Source: Candidatus Rokuibacteriota bacterium (GTDB lineage Bacteria; Methylomirabilota; Methylomirabilia; Rokubacteriales; CSP1-6). Taken from it: a DNA stretch of 64,000 bases. The stretch's first letter is position 1, and each line of letters begins with the position of its first letter. The notes under the pieces are model-generated. The model was not told where the DNA came from. It did no database searches and saw only the letters and a program-made list of their open reading frames with translations. The translations under genes and the position numbers were made by a program. The stretch is from assembly GCA_016188005.1 (NCBI GenBank), contig JACPIQ010000121.1, forward strand, positions 11,866 to 75,865. Reading direction: 5' to 3'. This document shows positions 17,948 to 27,693 of this stretch, piece by piece.

Positions 17948-17989
17948 GCGCTCCGGCTTCAGGCCCCTGTCAGCGACGCTGCCGCGGCC

Positions 17990-18754
17990 TCACGTGACCA
18001 TCCGGCCGCCGTCCACGTAGATGATCTGTCCCGTCAGGTAATCGGCCGCCGGAGAGGCGAGGAAGAGGGCGACCCCCGCGACGTCGGCCGGGGTGCCCAT
18101 CCGGCCCATGGGGATCCGGGCCAGGATGGTCTGCCGCTGCTCCGGGATGGCCAGGACATCGGCGTTCAGGTCCGTGGGGACGGCGCCCGGCGCGATGGTG
18201 TTGACCAGGACGCCCTGGGCGGCCCACTCGAGGGCGAGCATGCGGCTGAACTGCCAGATCGCAGCCTTCGTCGCTCCATACACGGTACTCTTCCAGGCGC
18301 CCGCGGCCGCCGAGGTCGAGGAGATGTTGATGATGCGGCCGCTCCTGGCGGCGACCATCGCCTCGCCGAGGGCCTGACAGCACAGGATGACCCCCTTGAC
18401 GTTGATGCCGAGCATGGCGTCGCACTCCTCCTCGGTCAGCTCGAGGAGCGCTTTCCTGGCCAGGACCCCTGCGCTGTTCACCAGGACGTCGATGCGACCC
18501 GCCTCGCCCAGGCAGGCGTCCCGGAAGGCGCGGACCGAGCCCCGGTCGGTGACATCCAGAGGCTGGAAGCGCACGGCCCCGCCGCCCGACCGAAGGCGCT
18601 GCGCCAGCGCCTCGCCCGCCTTGGCGTCCCGCGACCCCATCCACACCGTGGCCCCGGCGCCCGCGAACGCCTCGACGATGCCCCGGCCGATGCCGCGCGT
18701 GCCCCCCGTCACCGCCACCACTGTCCCGCGCATGTCCCACGTCACGCTCGCCAT
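17990..18754 (-). CDS. SDR-family oxidoreductase
   Basis: VAVTGGTRGIGRGI Rossmann motif and Y-x3-K (YGATKAA). Start at MASVTWDM (18754) rather than the longer ORF. Confidence 0.8.
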   Translation of the reverse strand: MASVTWDMRGTVVAVTGGTRGIGRGIVEAFAGAGATVWMGSRDAKAGEALAQRLRSGGGAVRFQPLDVTDRGSVRAFRDACLGEAGRIDVLVNSAGVLARKALLELTEEECDAMLGINVKGVILCCQALGEAMVAARSGRIINISSTSAAAGAWKSTVYGATKAAIWQFSRMLALEWAAQGVLVNTIAPGAVPTDLNADVLAIPEQRQTILARIPMGRMGTPADVAGVALFLASPAADYLTGQIIYVDGGRMVT

Positions 18755-19060
18755 GTCGTCTGTCACCCCGCCTTTCGCCTGGACGGCTGCCCACCTGTCA
18801 TGACCCTGTCCCGCGTCCCGCCCCGCCCGGGCCCAGCCGAGCCTCTCCCGCGACGTGACGGCATCCGCCGCTCGGTACCAGGGCGGGCGCCACCGGCGCC
18901 ACGGGACAGGCGCCAAGCCGGCGAACATATTGGCATGCACGTCCATGCGAAGGGAAGCGGGAGATGGGGGGCAAGTTTTCTCTTGATCGGCGGCGAGGAT
19001 AAGTTCATCCTTCGGGGTGCTGTTGACCGTTTAGTCAGTTTGAACGCCGGGTCGAATCCC

Positions 19061-19771
19061 ATGGTGAGATGGACCGACGAGTCCGCCGAAAAGAAACAGC
19101 GCCACGAGCTCCGGCGGGAGACCATCCTGCAGGCGGCGGCCCACTGCTTCAACAGGAAGGGCTACCGCGGGACGACCATCGGGGCCATCGCCCAGGAGCT
19201 CGGGGTCAGCAAGGCCGCCCTGTACTACTACGTGGAGAGCAAGGAAGAGGTGCTCTTCCTGTGTCACCAGGCCTCCATGGATCTCGGGATGGAGGGCCTG
19301 CGGCGGGCGGAGGCGCTGGGGGGGACGGCTGGCGAGAGACTTCGCGCGGCGCTGGGATACTTCATCGAGCAGATGGCGGAGAACCTGAAGGGGTGCTTCG
19401 TGATGCTCGAGGGGGGCATGCTGAGCCCGCGGCTCCACCGTCAGGTCGTCAGGCGACGGGACGAATACGAGCATCGGCTCCGCGATCTCGTCGCCGAGGG
19501 AGTCGCCTCCGGGGCGTTCGTGCCGTGCAATCCGAAACTGGTCGTGTTCGCGATCCTCGGAGCCGTGAACTGGGTGCAGAAGTGGTACTCGCCTGACGGC
19601 GAGGTGGCGGCGAAGGACATCGCCGAGACGTTCGCGGCCTTTCTGACGCGTGGCCTCGAGCGGCGAGGCGTGGAGGTCCCCCTCGACACGGGCGGCGAGG
19701 CGAGGGTGCCCATCACCGCTGCCGAGGGGTTCCGCATGAGGACTCGGGCCAACGGAGGGAACCATGTTTGA
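19061..19771 (+). CDS. TetR-family transcriptional regulator
   Basis: HTH segment RRETILQAAAHCFNRKGYRGTTIGAIAQELGVSKAALYYY. Confidence 0.8.
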   Translation: MVRWTDESAEKKQRHELRRETILQAAAHCFNRKGYRGTTIGAIAQELGVSKAALYYYVESKEEVLFLCHQASMDLGMEGLRRAEALGGTAGERLRAALGYFIEQMAENLKGCFVMLEGGMLSPRLHRQVVRRRDEYEHRLRDLVAEGVASGAFVPCNPKLVVFAILGAVNWVQKWYSPDGEVAAKDIAETFAAFLTRGLERRGVEVPLDTGGEARVPITAAEGFRMRTRANGGNHV

Positions 19772-21461
19772 CAAGGGCTTTCTCGAGCAGTTGCGGCAAC
19801 GGCAGGCAGCCTGGACCGCCGCCCATCAGGGATCCTTCGAGACGGAAGTCAAGAAGGAATTCGTGTCCGAGGCGGGCGTGGTCACCCGACGCCTCTACAC
19901 CCCTCTCGACCTGGCCGACCAGGGGGTCGACTACTTCGAGGATGTCGGGTTCCCGGGGGATTTCCCGTTCACGCGAGGCCTCTCCCCCGTGGGGTACCGG
20001 GCCGGGCTGTGGAAGATCGCTCAGTACTCCGGTCAATCGACCCCCGAGGAATGCAACGCGCTCTGGCGGGATCTCGCCGCTGCCGGGCTCAATACCGTGT
20101 ATGCCGCCTACGACCTGCCCACCCAGCTCGGCTACGACCCCGATCATCCCATGGCGGAAGGCGAGGTGGGGCGGACGGGGGTGTCGCTGGTGTCGCTCCG
20201 TGACTGGGAGATCGCCTTCGACGGCATCGACCTCGGCAAGACGATGGTGAGCACGGTCTGCAATGCGCCGGGGGCCCTCGTCATCGCCATGAACCTGCTC
20301 ACGGCCCAGCGGCAGGGCGTGGACCTCAAGACGCTGCAGGGCAGCTCGCAGAACGACATCCTCAAGGAGTACACGTCGCGCGGCAACGTCATCTTCCCGC
20401 CCGAGCCCTCCATGCGCCTCGTGGTGGACACGCTCGCCTACTGCTCGTCCGTGGCGCCCAACTTCTATCCCATCACGGTGTGCTCGGTGCACCAGTCGGA
20501 GTTCGGCGCGAACCATGTCCACGAGGTGGCCTTTGCCCTCGCCGACGGCATCGCCTACGTGGAGAGCGCCGTCAACCGTGGCATCGACGTCGACGTGATC
20601 GGCCCCGGGATCATGTGGACGACGAGCCACGACCACCACGCCTTCTTCCACGAGATCGCCAAGCTCCGCGCCATGCGGCGGCTCTGGGCCAAGATCATGC
20701 GGGGCCGGTTCAAGGCGCGGAAGCCCGAATCCATGATGTGTCGCCTGTACTCATCGGTCGGCGGCACGAGCCTGATGAAGGAGCAGTACCTGAACAATAT
20801 CGCCCGCAGCGCCCTGGCGGCCCTGGCCGGCGCCCTGGCCGGTGCGCAGCGGATCGACTTGCGGACGTACGACGAGCAGTGGGGCATTCCCACGAAGGAT
20901 GCCGAGATCACCAACATCAGGTGCCAGCAGATCGTCGGGTACGAGTGCGGGGTCGGCGAGACGGTCGACCCGCTGGCCGGCTCGTACTACGTCGAGTGGC
21001 TCACGAACGAGATGGAAGGACGCTTCGCCGCCGAGATCGAGAAGGTCGACCAGATGGGCGGCACCCTCCGGGCCATCGAGAACGGGTACATCAAGCGGAC
21101 CATGCTGGAGGACGCGTACAAGTACCAGCTCGGCGTGGAGACGGGGGAGATCCCGCGGGTCGGCCACAACATGTTCCGGCAGGAGAACGACCAGAGCCGG
21201 CCGGTCCGGGTGTACCGGGCGGACCCGTCGGTCGAGCAGCGGAGAATCGAGGCGGTCAAGGAGCTCCGCCGGACGCGGCACGACCGGGAAGTCAGCCGAG
21301 CGCTCAAGGGGCTCCGCGCGGCGGCGGCCGAGCCGGCGACGGCGGACAACAACCTCATGCCCGCGATCATCGAGGCGGTGCAGGCCTACGCGACCATCGG
21401 GGAGATGTGCGACGTGCTCCGGGACGTGTGGGGCGAGTTCAGGGAACCGAAGGTCTTCTAG
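19764..21461 (+). CDS. Acyl-CoA (methylmalonyl-CoA/isobutyryl-CoA-type) mutase large catalytic subunit
   Basis: FTRGLSPVGYRAGLWKIAQYSG, NTVYAAYDLPTQLGYDPDHP and QNDILKEYTSRGN are MCM-family motifs. Overlaps the tetR stop by 8 nt. Confidence 0.85.
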   Translation: MFDKGFLEQLRQRQAAWTAAHQGSFETEVKKEFVSEAGVVTRRLYTPLDLADQGVDYFEDVGFPGDFPFTRGLSPVGYRAGLWKIAQYSGQSTPEECNALWRDLAAAGLNTVYAAYDLPTQLGYDPDHPMAEGEVGRTGVSLVSLRDWEIAFDGIDLGKTMVSTVCNAPGALVIAMNLLTAQRQGVDLKTLQGSSQNDILKEYTSRGNVIFPPEPSMRLVVDTLAYCSSVAPNFYPITVCSVHQSEFGANHVHEVAFALADGIAYVESAVNRGIDVDVIGPGIMWTTSHDHHAFFHEIAKLRAMRRLWAKIMRGRFKARKPESMMCRLYSSVGGTSLMKEQYLNNIARSALAALAGALAGAQRIDLRTYDEQWGIPTKDAEITNIRCQQIVGYECGVGETVDPLAGSYYVEWLTNEMEGRFAAEIEKVDQMGGTLRAIENGYIKRTMLEDAYKYQLGVETGEIPRVGHNMFRQENDQSRPVRVYRADPSVEQRRIEAVKELRRTRHDREVSRALKGLRAAAAEPATADNNLMPAIIEAVQAYATIGEMCDVLRDVWGEFREPKVF

Positions 21462-21473
21462 AGGAGAGCGGGT

Positions 21474-21887
21474 ATGGGGACTCGGGTCGCGGCTCGGCGA
21501 ATTCGCGTGCTGCTTGTCAAGACGGGGCTGGACGGCCACGATCGCGGAGTGCTGGTGGTCGCCAAGGCCCTGAGCCGGGCGGGGATGGAGGTCATCTACG
21601 GCGGGCTCCACCTCCGCCCCGTGCAGATCGCCAAGATGGCCGCGGAGGAATCGGTGGACGTGGTGGGGCTCAGCAGCCTGTCGGACAATCATCGGGCGCT
21701 GGTGCCGCGGATCATCCAGGAGCTGAAGACCGTGGGCCTGGACGATGTGCTGGTGCTCCTGGGCGGGTTCATCCAGGACGAGGATGTGCCGGTGATGAAG
21801 GCTGCTGGCGTCGCGGAGGTGTTCGGCGTCGGCACTCGGCTGGAGGACATCGCGACGTACATCCAGACGCACGTCCGGGCGGGATGA
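21474..21887 (+). CDS. Cobalamin (B12)-binding domain subunit of acyl-CoA mutase
   Basis: RVLLVKTGLDGHDRGVLVVAKAL...DVVGLSSLSDNHRALVP (DxHxxG B12-binding motif). Confidence 0.85.
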   Translation: MGTRVAARRIRVLLVKTGLDGHDRGVLVVAKALSRAGMEVIYGGLHLRPVQIAKMAAEESVDVVGLSSLSDNHRALVPRIIQELKTVGLDDVLVLLGGFIQDEDVPVMKAAGVAEVFGVGTRLEDIATYIQTHVRAG

Positions 21888-21938
21888 TGTCGGACGGCGT
21901 CGGACCAGGGGCCACCGTCGAGGGTGTGCGCATGAACA

Positions 21939-22130
21939 TTGCCAGGTGGCTCGAGCGTGGTTCTCAAGGCGGGGCAAGCGGCCACCGTGGAGGAGGTCAT
22001 CACGGACTGTCGAAGCAAGATCGCGGCGTTCAAGGTTCCCCGGGTCATCGAGTTGGTCCGGGAGCTTCCGAAGACTGCCACGGGGAAGATCCTCCGGCGC
22101 AGTCTGCGGGAGCACACTCCAGCCTCGTAG
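21939..22130 (+). pseudogene. Remnant: C-terminal ~60 codons of an AMP-dependent acyl-CoA synthetase (gene fragment)
   Basis: VVLKAGQAATVEEVITDCRSKIAAFKVPRVIELVRELPKTATGKILRRSL is the conserved C-terminus of adenylate-forming enzymes. No upstream adenylation domain remains. Confidence 0.55.
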
Positions 22131-22144
22131 AGAAGGAGGACGGT

Positions 22145-23234
22145 ATGCGAAGCGTTCCTGCAGCACGTCGGGAGTGGGGATACGTGGCTGCCGCGGTCCT
22201 GCTGGCGCTCGGCGCCGCGCGCCTTCGCCGAGACCGCGCGCATGGCCACCGACGAGGTCAACGCGCGGGGCGGGGTGGACGGCGTCAAGATCCGGCTCAT
22301 CGTGGAGGACACGGCGGCCGACCCGAAGCAGGGTATCGCGGCCTTCCAGAAGCTCGTCTCGGTGGACCGCGTGCCCATCGTCTCGAGCGCGTGGAGCACG
22401 GTCATCATGGCCACGGCCCCCGTGGCGGACCGCGAGAAGGTGCTCCTCATCAACCACGGCGCCAACGCCCCGTCGATCCGCGGCGCCGGCAAGCTGCTGA
22501 TCAGCTTCTTCCCCCTGGCGGACCTGGACATCAAGCATCTGGCCCGCTACGCGGCCACGAAGCTCGGCAAGAAGCGGGGCGCGGTCATGTATGTCAACAA
22601 CGACACCGGCCGCCTCAACGCCAAGGTCTTCCAGGAGAACTTCGAGGCCGCGGGCGGCAAGATCGTCGCCGTCGAGAGCCACGAGGCCGACGCCATCGAG
22701 TTCGGGGCGCAGGCCGCGAAGATGCGCGCCGCCCAGCCCGACATCATCCACATCCCGTCGCTGGTCCAGGAAGCGCCCCGGATCGTCAAGCAGTTCCGGG
22801 AGATGGGAATCAAGGCGCAGTTCACCAGCTACTCGGTGGCCGAGAGCAAGGAGATGCTGAGCGTCGCGGGCGAGGCCGCCGACGGCCTGCTCTACACCTC
22901 GCTGGCTCCGCCGGCGGACCAGCCTGGGCCCAAGGCGCTCATCGACCGGTACAAGGCGACGTACAAGAAGGACCCGGTGGCCACCGCATACCTCATGTAC
23001 GTGTGGGACCTCCACAACACGGTCCTCCCGGAGGCGATCCGCTACGCCAAGAAGCAGGGGTGGGGGTACAGCGGCGAGGCCATCCGGCGCGCGATGCTGA
23101 CGCAGAAGGCCTACGACACGAAGGCGAGCGGCAAGACCGTGTTCGAGGGTGACGGCACTGTGAACAAGGTCGTCTACCTGAAGCGGGTCAACGTCAAGGA
23201 GAAGAAGTTCGAGTACGCGGCGACGCTGGACTAG
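22145..23234 (+). pseudogene. Branched-chain-amino-acid-type (LivJ-like) ABC substrate-binding protein, apparently frameshifted/internally deleted near the N-terminus
   Basis: Strong RBS GAAGGAGGA precedes ATG 22145, which encodes a signal peptide MRSVPAARREWGYVAAAVLLALGAA in frame 2. The mature domain (ATDEVNARGGVDGVKIRLIVEDTAADPKQGI...) is in frame 0 from 22242. About 25 residues that normally sit between the signal peptide and this segment are missing. Confidence 0.5.
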
Positions 23235-23313
23235 GCGCTCCGCTGCGCGGATGGACGCCTGAGCTCAAGGACCCGGCGAACGGCCACCGAGAGAAGACTG
23301 GAGGGAGATCCTC

Positions 23314-24198
23314 GTGGAGTTGCTGCTTCAGCTGCTGTTCAACGGGGTCGTCGTGGGGGCGGTGTACGGGCTGCTGGCCGTCGGCTTCGGACTGATCTTC
23401 ACGACGACCCGGATCTTTCACTTCGCCCACGGCGCGGTGTACACCCTCGGGGGGTACATCGTGTATTCTCTCACCACCACGCTCGAGTGGCCGCTGGCCG
23501 TGGCCATCGTGGTCGCCATGGGCGTCTGTGGCGTGCTCAGCGGCGGGATCGAGGTGGCGATCTACCGCCCGCTCCGGGCGAGAGGCGCCTCCCCCCTGGT
23601 CGTGCTCATCGCCTCGCTGTCCATCCTGATGCTCGCGCAGAACCTGCTCGCGATCTTCTACGGGAACGAGATCCGGAGCCTGGCCGGTGCCGTGGTGTTC
23701 TCGGGCTTCGAGGCCGGTCCGATCTGGGTCACGTCCATCCAGCTCATCACGATCGCGACCTGCGCCGTGATGTTCGGGCTGCTCAAGCTGTTTCTCCGCT
23801 ATAGCCGCTACGGAAAGATCATCCGGGCGCTGGCCAACAACTACGAGGCCGCGCGGATCATCGGCGCCGACGCGGACCGCACGTTTCTCGTGACCTTCGT
23901 CGTCGGCGGGATCCTGGTGGTCCCGGCCGCCGTGCTGGTCGGCATGCTCACCGGGCTCAAGCCGTTCGGGGGGACGTCGGCCGTGCTGGTGGCCGCGATC
24001 GCGGTGATCGTCGGGGGGATGGGGAGCATCATGGGCGCGGCCCCGGGGGCCTTGATCGTCGGCATCAGCGAGAATCTCGCGGTGTGGCGGATCGCGACGG
24101 AATGGCAGACGGCTGTCGCGTTCTCGGTGCTGCTGCTGTTCATCGTGTTCAAGCCCACGGGATTCTTCGGTCAGAGGGTCCGGAAGATGGAAGTCTGA
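23314..24198 (+). CDS. livH: Branched-chain amino acid ABC transporter permease (LivH-like)
   Basis: Polytopic permease of the liv family, first in a livHMGF gene order. Confidence 0.8.
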   Translation: MELLLQLLFNGVVVGAVYGLLAVGFGLIFTTTRIFHFAHGAVYTLGGYIVYSLTTTLEWPLAVAIVVAMGVCGVLSGGIEVAIYRPLRARGASPLVVLIASLSILMLAQNLLAIFYGNEIRSLAGAVVFSGFEAGPIWVTSIQLITIATCAVMFGLLKLFLRYSRYGKIIRALANNYEAARIIGADADRTFLVTFVVGGILVVPAAVLVGMLTGLKPFGGTSAVLVAAIAVIVGGMGSIMGAAPGALIVGISENLAVWRIATEWQTAVAFSVLLLFIVFKPTGFFGQRVRKMEV

Positions 24199-24201
24199 GT
24201 C

Positions 24202-25089
24202 GTGGGCACATTCCTCCTTCACCTGCTGGTGCTCACGAACATCTACGTGATTCTCGGTGTCTCCTACAACCTGTTGATCGGGTACGCGGGCCTGTTCTCC
24301 ATCGCGCACGCGGCGTTCTTCGGGGTCGGCGCGTACGTGTCCATGGTCGTGGTGCTCAGCCTGGGCTGGCCGTACCTCGTCGGACTCGCGGCGGCGGTGG
24401 TCATCGCCGCCGTCGTGAGTGGCGTGCTCGCGTTTCCCGCGCTGCGGGTCTCGGGGGATTACCTGGTCATCGCCTCCCTCGGATTCCAGGTGATCATCTT
24501 CAACGTGTTCATGAACTGGGAGTCCGTGACCGGGGGGCCCGCCGGCGTCCCGGGGATCCCGAGGCCGGGCGTGCTGGTGTGGACGGTGGAGTCGCCGCTG
24601 GCGTTTGGCGTGGTCAGCAGCCTGATGGCGGCGGCCGCGTACCTGTTCGTCCGCCGGGTCGTGTCCTCGCCGTTCGGCCGGGTGCTGCGGGCCATCCGGG
24701 AGGACGAGGTGGTGACCCAGGCGCTGGGCAAGAACGTCACGGGCGTCAAGGTCGTGGTGTTCATGGTGTCCGGTGGCGTGGCGGCGACGGCGGGGAGCCT
24801 GTTCGCGCATTACACCACCTACATCAACCCGTACTTCTTCACGCTGGAGGAGTCGATCCTGATTCTCTCCGTGGTGATCGTGGGAGGCGCGGGGAACCTC
24901 ACCGGGTCCATCCTCGGTGCCGTGGTCCTGACGCTCCTGCCGCAGGCCTTGCGGCTGGTGGAGCTGCCGGAAGCGCTTGCGGCCAACCTGCGCCAGATCA
25001 TCTATGCCGCGCTCCTGGCGGGGTTCATGTTCTTCCGCCCGCAGGGGATCCTCGCGGAGCGGACCCTGACACTCGCCGGGAAGGACTGA
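24202..25089 (+). CDS. livM: Branched-chain amino acid ABC transporter permease (LivM-like)
   Basis: Polytopic permease. ATGA overlap with the next gene. Confidence 0.8.
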   Translation: MGTFLLHLLVLTNIYVILGVSYNLLIGYAGLFSIAHAAFFGVGAYVSMVVVLSLGWPYLVGLAAAVVIAAVVSGVLAFPALRVSGDYLVIASLGFQVIIFNVFMNWESVTGGPAGVPGIPRPGVLVWTVESPLAFGVVSSLMAAAAYLFVRRVVSSPFGRVLRAIREDEVVTQALGKNVTGVKVVVFMVSGGVAATAGSLFAHYTTYINPYFFTLEESILILSVVIVGGAGNLTGSILGAVVLTLLPQALRLVELPEALAANLRQIIYAALLAGFMFFRPQGILAERTLTLAGKD

Positions 25090-25847
25090 TGGAGCGCCTC
25101 CTGAGGGTGGAGGAGGTGTCGAAGAACTTCGCCGGGATCCAGGCGGTCAGCGGGCTGTCCGTCTCGCTGGAAGAGGGGCGGATCGCCGGGCTGATCGGAC
25201 CCAACGGCGCCGGCAAGACGACTCTCTTCAACCTCATCACCGGGTTTCACGCCGTCACCTCAGGGCGGATCTTCTACCGCGACGCCGACATCACCGGGCT
25301 GGCGCCGTACCGGATCGCGGGCCAGGGGATCGCGCGCTCGTTTCAGGACCTGCGCCTGTACACCAAGATGACGGTGCTGGAGAACTGCCTGGTCGCGCAG
25401 CCCCGGCAGGCGGGCGAGCGATTGCGCAACGTGTACCTCCGACCCGGCTGGGTGCGCCGGCAGGAGCGCGAGTGCCGGCAGCGGGCCATGGAGCACCTGA
25501 CGTACGTGGGTCTCCAGGGGCAGGCGGACCGGAAGGCCGAGGACCTGGCGTACGGGGAGCAGAAGCTCCTGGCCATCGCCCGGCTCCTCGCCACCGAGGC
25601 GAACCTGCTGCTCCTCGATGAGCCGACCTCCGGGCTGGATCGTGGATCGTTGAGCGACATGATCCAGGTGATCAAGGGGCTCGTCGGCCAGGGGAAGACG
25701 ATCTGCGTCATCGAGCACAACCTGGACGTGGTGCGCGCGGTATCGGACTGGGTGGTCTTCATGGATCAAGGGAAGGCCCTGGCGAGCGGAGAGCCGGAGG
25801 CCGTCCTGGCCGACCGATCCCTGGCGGAGATCTACTTTGGCGTCTGA
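25089..25847 (+). CDS. livG: ABC transporter ATP-binding protein (LivG-like)
   Basis: Walker A GPNGAGKTT, signature LAYGEQKLLAIARLL, and LLLDEP. Confidence 0.85.
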   Translation: MERLLRVEEVSKNFAGIQAVSGLSVSLEEGRIAGLIGPNGAGKTTLFNLITGFHAVTSGRIFYRDADITGLAPYRIAGQGIARSFQDLRLYTKMTVLENCLVAQPRQAGERLRNVYLRPGWVRRQERECRQRAMEHLTYVGLQGQADRKAEDLAYGEQKLLAIARLLATEANLLLLDEPTSGLDRGSLSDMIQVIKGLVGQGKTICVIEHNLDVVRAVSDWVVFMDQGKALASGEPEAVLADRSLAEIYFGV

Positions 25848-26562
25848 GGCATCGAGGGCGCTCCTGGAGCTGACGGAAGTCCGGGCCAGCTACGGCAAGA
25901 AGCAGGTCCTCTCGGGCGTGAATCTCGCCGTGCGGGTGGGAGAGATCGTGGCGCTGATCGGCCACAACGGCGCCGGAAAGTCCACGACGCTCAAGACCGT
26001 CCACGGCTTGCTGCCGACCGGTGGGGGCCACATCTCGTTCGACGGACGGCCCATCGAGCACCGAAGCGTGAACCGGAACGTCCGGACCGGGATCAGCCTG
26101 GTGCCGCAGGGACGATTCGTGTTCTCGGAGCTGCCCGTCGGCGAGAACCTGGAGGTCGCGGCCTTCGTGCTCAAGGTGTCGGCGGAGGAGATCCGCGTGC
26201 GGATGGCGGCGGTGTTCGGGCTGTTCCCCGCGTTGGCCGAGAAGCGCCGGGAGCTGGCGGGGGCGCTCAGCGGCGGGCAGCAGCAGATGCTCGCGATCGG
26301 GATGGCCCTGATGCAGAAGCCGAGGCTCCTGTTGCTCGACGAGCCGTCGATCGGCCTGGCTCCGCTCCTCGTCCAGCAGGTGATGGAATCGGTGCTCAGG
26401 ATCCGGGACACATTCAACACCTCGGTCCTGATCGTCGAGCAGAACGTGCGACAGGTCCTGCGGGTCTCGGAGCGCGTGTTCGTGATGAAGCTCGGGAAAG
26501 TGGTCCTGGAAGCGCCGTCGGCCGAGCTCCTGTCGCGCCAGGATCTCTGGGATCTCTTCTGA
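25837..26562 (+). CDS. livF: ABC transporter ATP-binding protein (LivF-like)
   Basis: Walker A GHNGAGKST, LSGGQQQMLAIGMAL, LLLDEPS. TTG start at 25837. Confidence 0.85.
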   Translation: MASEASRALLELTEVRASYGKKQVLSGVNLAVRVGEIVALIGHNGAGKSTTLKTVHGLLPTGGGHISFDGRPIEHRSVNRNVRTGISLVPQGRFVFSELPVGENLEVAAFVLKVSAEEIRVRMAAVFGLFPALAEKRRELAGALSGGQQQMLAIGMALMQKPRLLLLDEPSIGLAPLLVQQVMESVLRIRDTFNTSVLIVEQNVRQVLRVSERVFVMKLGKVVLEAPSAELLSRQDLWDLF

Positions 26563-26652
26563 GGTCGCACGGGCACGGGGAGGTGCCGGGCCTCCGCCCC
26601 GGCGCGACGGGGCGTGGTCCTCATCAGGCCTGCTGTGAAAGGGCGAGCGCAC

Positions 26653-27693
26653 ATGGCTAACCGGCTGCAATTCGGGATCTACATGGCGGTGGCGGACCCT
26701 CCCGACGGCAAGGCGCTGGTTCGGCGCGTGGAGGAGACGCGCCGGGAGGCGGAGCTCGCGGAGCAGTGTGGGTTCGATTTCTGCCTGGTGGGCGAGCATC
26801 ATCAGGATCCGGATGGATTCCTGCCGTCCCCCCTCCTGCTGCTCGCCGCCATCGCGGCAAGGACCGAGCGGCTCCGGCTCGGGACGGGCGTCCTGCTGCT
26901 TCCTCTCCAGCACCCCTTCAAGGTGGCGGAGGACGCCGCCACGCTGGACGTCATCTCGAACGGCCGCTGCATCCTGGGCGTCGGGGCGGGCTATCAGCCG
27001 CGGGACTTCACGCCCTTCGGCGTCCCGACAGCGCAGCGCGGGTCGCTCCTGGACGAGGGCTTGCAGATCATCCGCGCCTGCTGGACCGAGGAGGCGTTCA
27101 GCTTCAAGGGGCGACACTTCGTGCTCCAGGATGTCAGCCAGCGCCCCCGGCCGGTGCAGAAGCCCCACCCGCCGATCTGGGTTGGCGGCTCCAGCCAGAA
27201 GGCCCTCGAGCGTGCGGCTCGGTGGGGAGACGCCTGGGTGACGGATCCGCTGCAGCACCTGGCGGTCATCAAGCCGCAGCAGGCGCAGTACCGGAGGCTG
27301 GCCGAAGGCCAGCACAGGCGCCCGTGTACCGTCCTCATGCGCGACGCGTGGGTGGCCCGGACCCGCCGGGACGCCTACGAGGAGGCAGCGGGGAACATGC
27401 TGCACATGTTCCGCTATTACTGGAGGAACAAGGCCTTCGTGGACGAGCTGGATCCGGCGCTGCGGGGTATTGCCGCCGAGTCGGACCTGACCTTCGACGG
27501 GATGGCCGAGGACCGTGTTCTTCTCGGGTCAGCGGCCGACTGCGTCGCGCAGATCAAGCGCTGGCGGGAGGAGACCGGGGCGGAGTGCCTCGTCCTCAGG
27601 CTCCGGCAGGCGCATGCGGACGGGCCGCCCCACGAGAAGATCATGTCGGCGCTCCGGATCTTCGGAGAGGAAATCATCGGACAGTTTGCATGA
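26653..27693 (+). CDS. Luciferase-like (LLM class) flavin-dependent oxidoreductase
   Basis: LQFGIYM...GFDFCLVGEHHQ...GVGAGY, typical of the LLM family. Confidence 0.8.
   Translation: MANRLQFGIYMAVADPPDGKALVRRVEETRREAELAEQCGFDFCLVGEHHQDPDGFLPSPLLLLAAIAARTERLRLGTGVLLLPLQHPFKVAEDAATLDVISNGRCILGVGAGYQPRDFTPFGVPTAQRGSLLDEGLQIIRACWTEEAFSFKGRHFVLQDVSQRPRPVQKPHPPIWVGGSSQKALERAARWGDAWVTDPLQHLAVIKPQQAQYRRLAEGQHRRPCTVLMRDAWVARTRRDAYEEAAGNMLHMFRYYWRNKAFVDELDPALRGIAAESDLTFDGMAEDRVLLGSAADCVAQIKRWREETGAECLVLRLRQAHADGPPHEKIMSALRIFGEEIIGQFA

Noticed and set aside
20480-23152. 890-aa + strand ORF spanning the mutase 3' end through the liv binding protein
   Set aside because: The R/G/P-rich junk frame is out of frame with the recognisable mutase, B12-domain and LivJ-like proteins. 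Only its short MRSV... signal-peptide segment at 22145 looks genuine.
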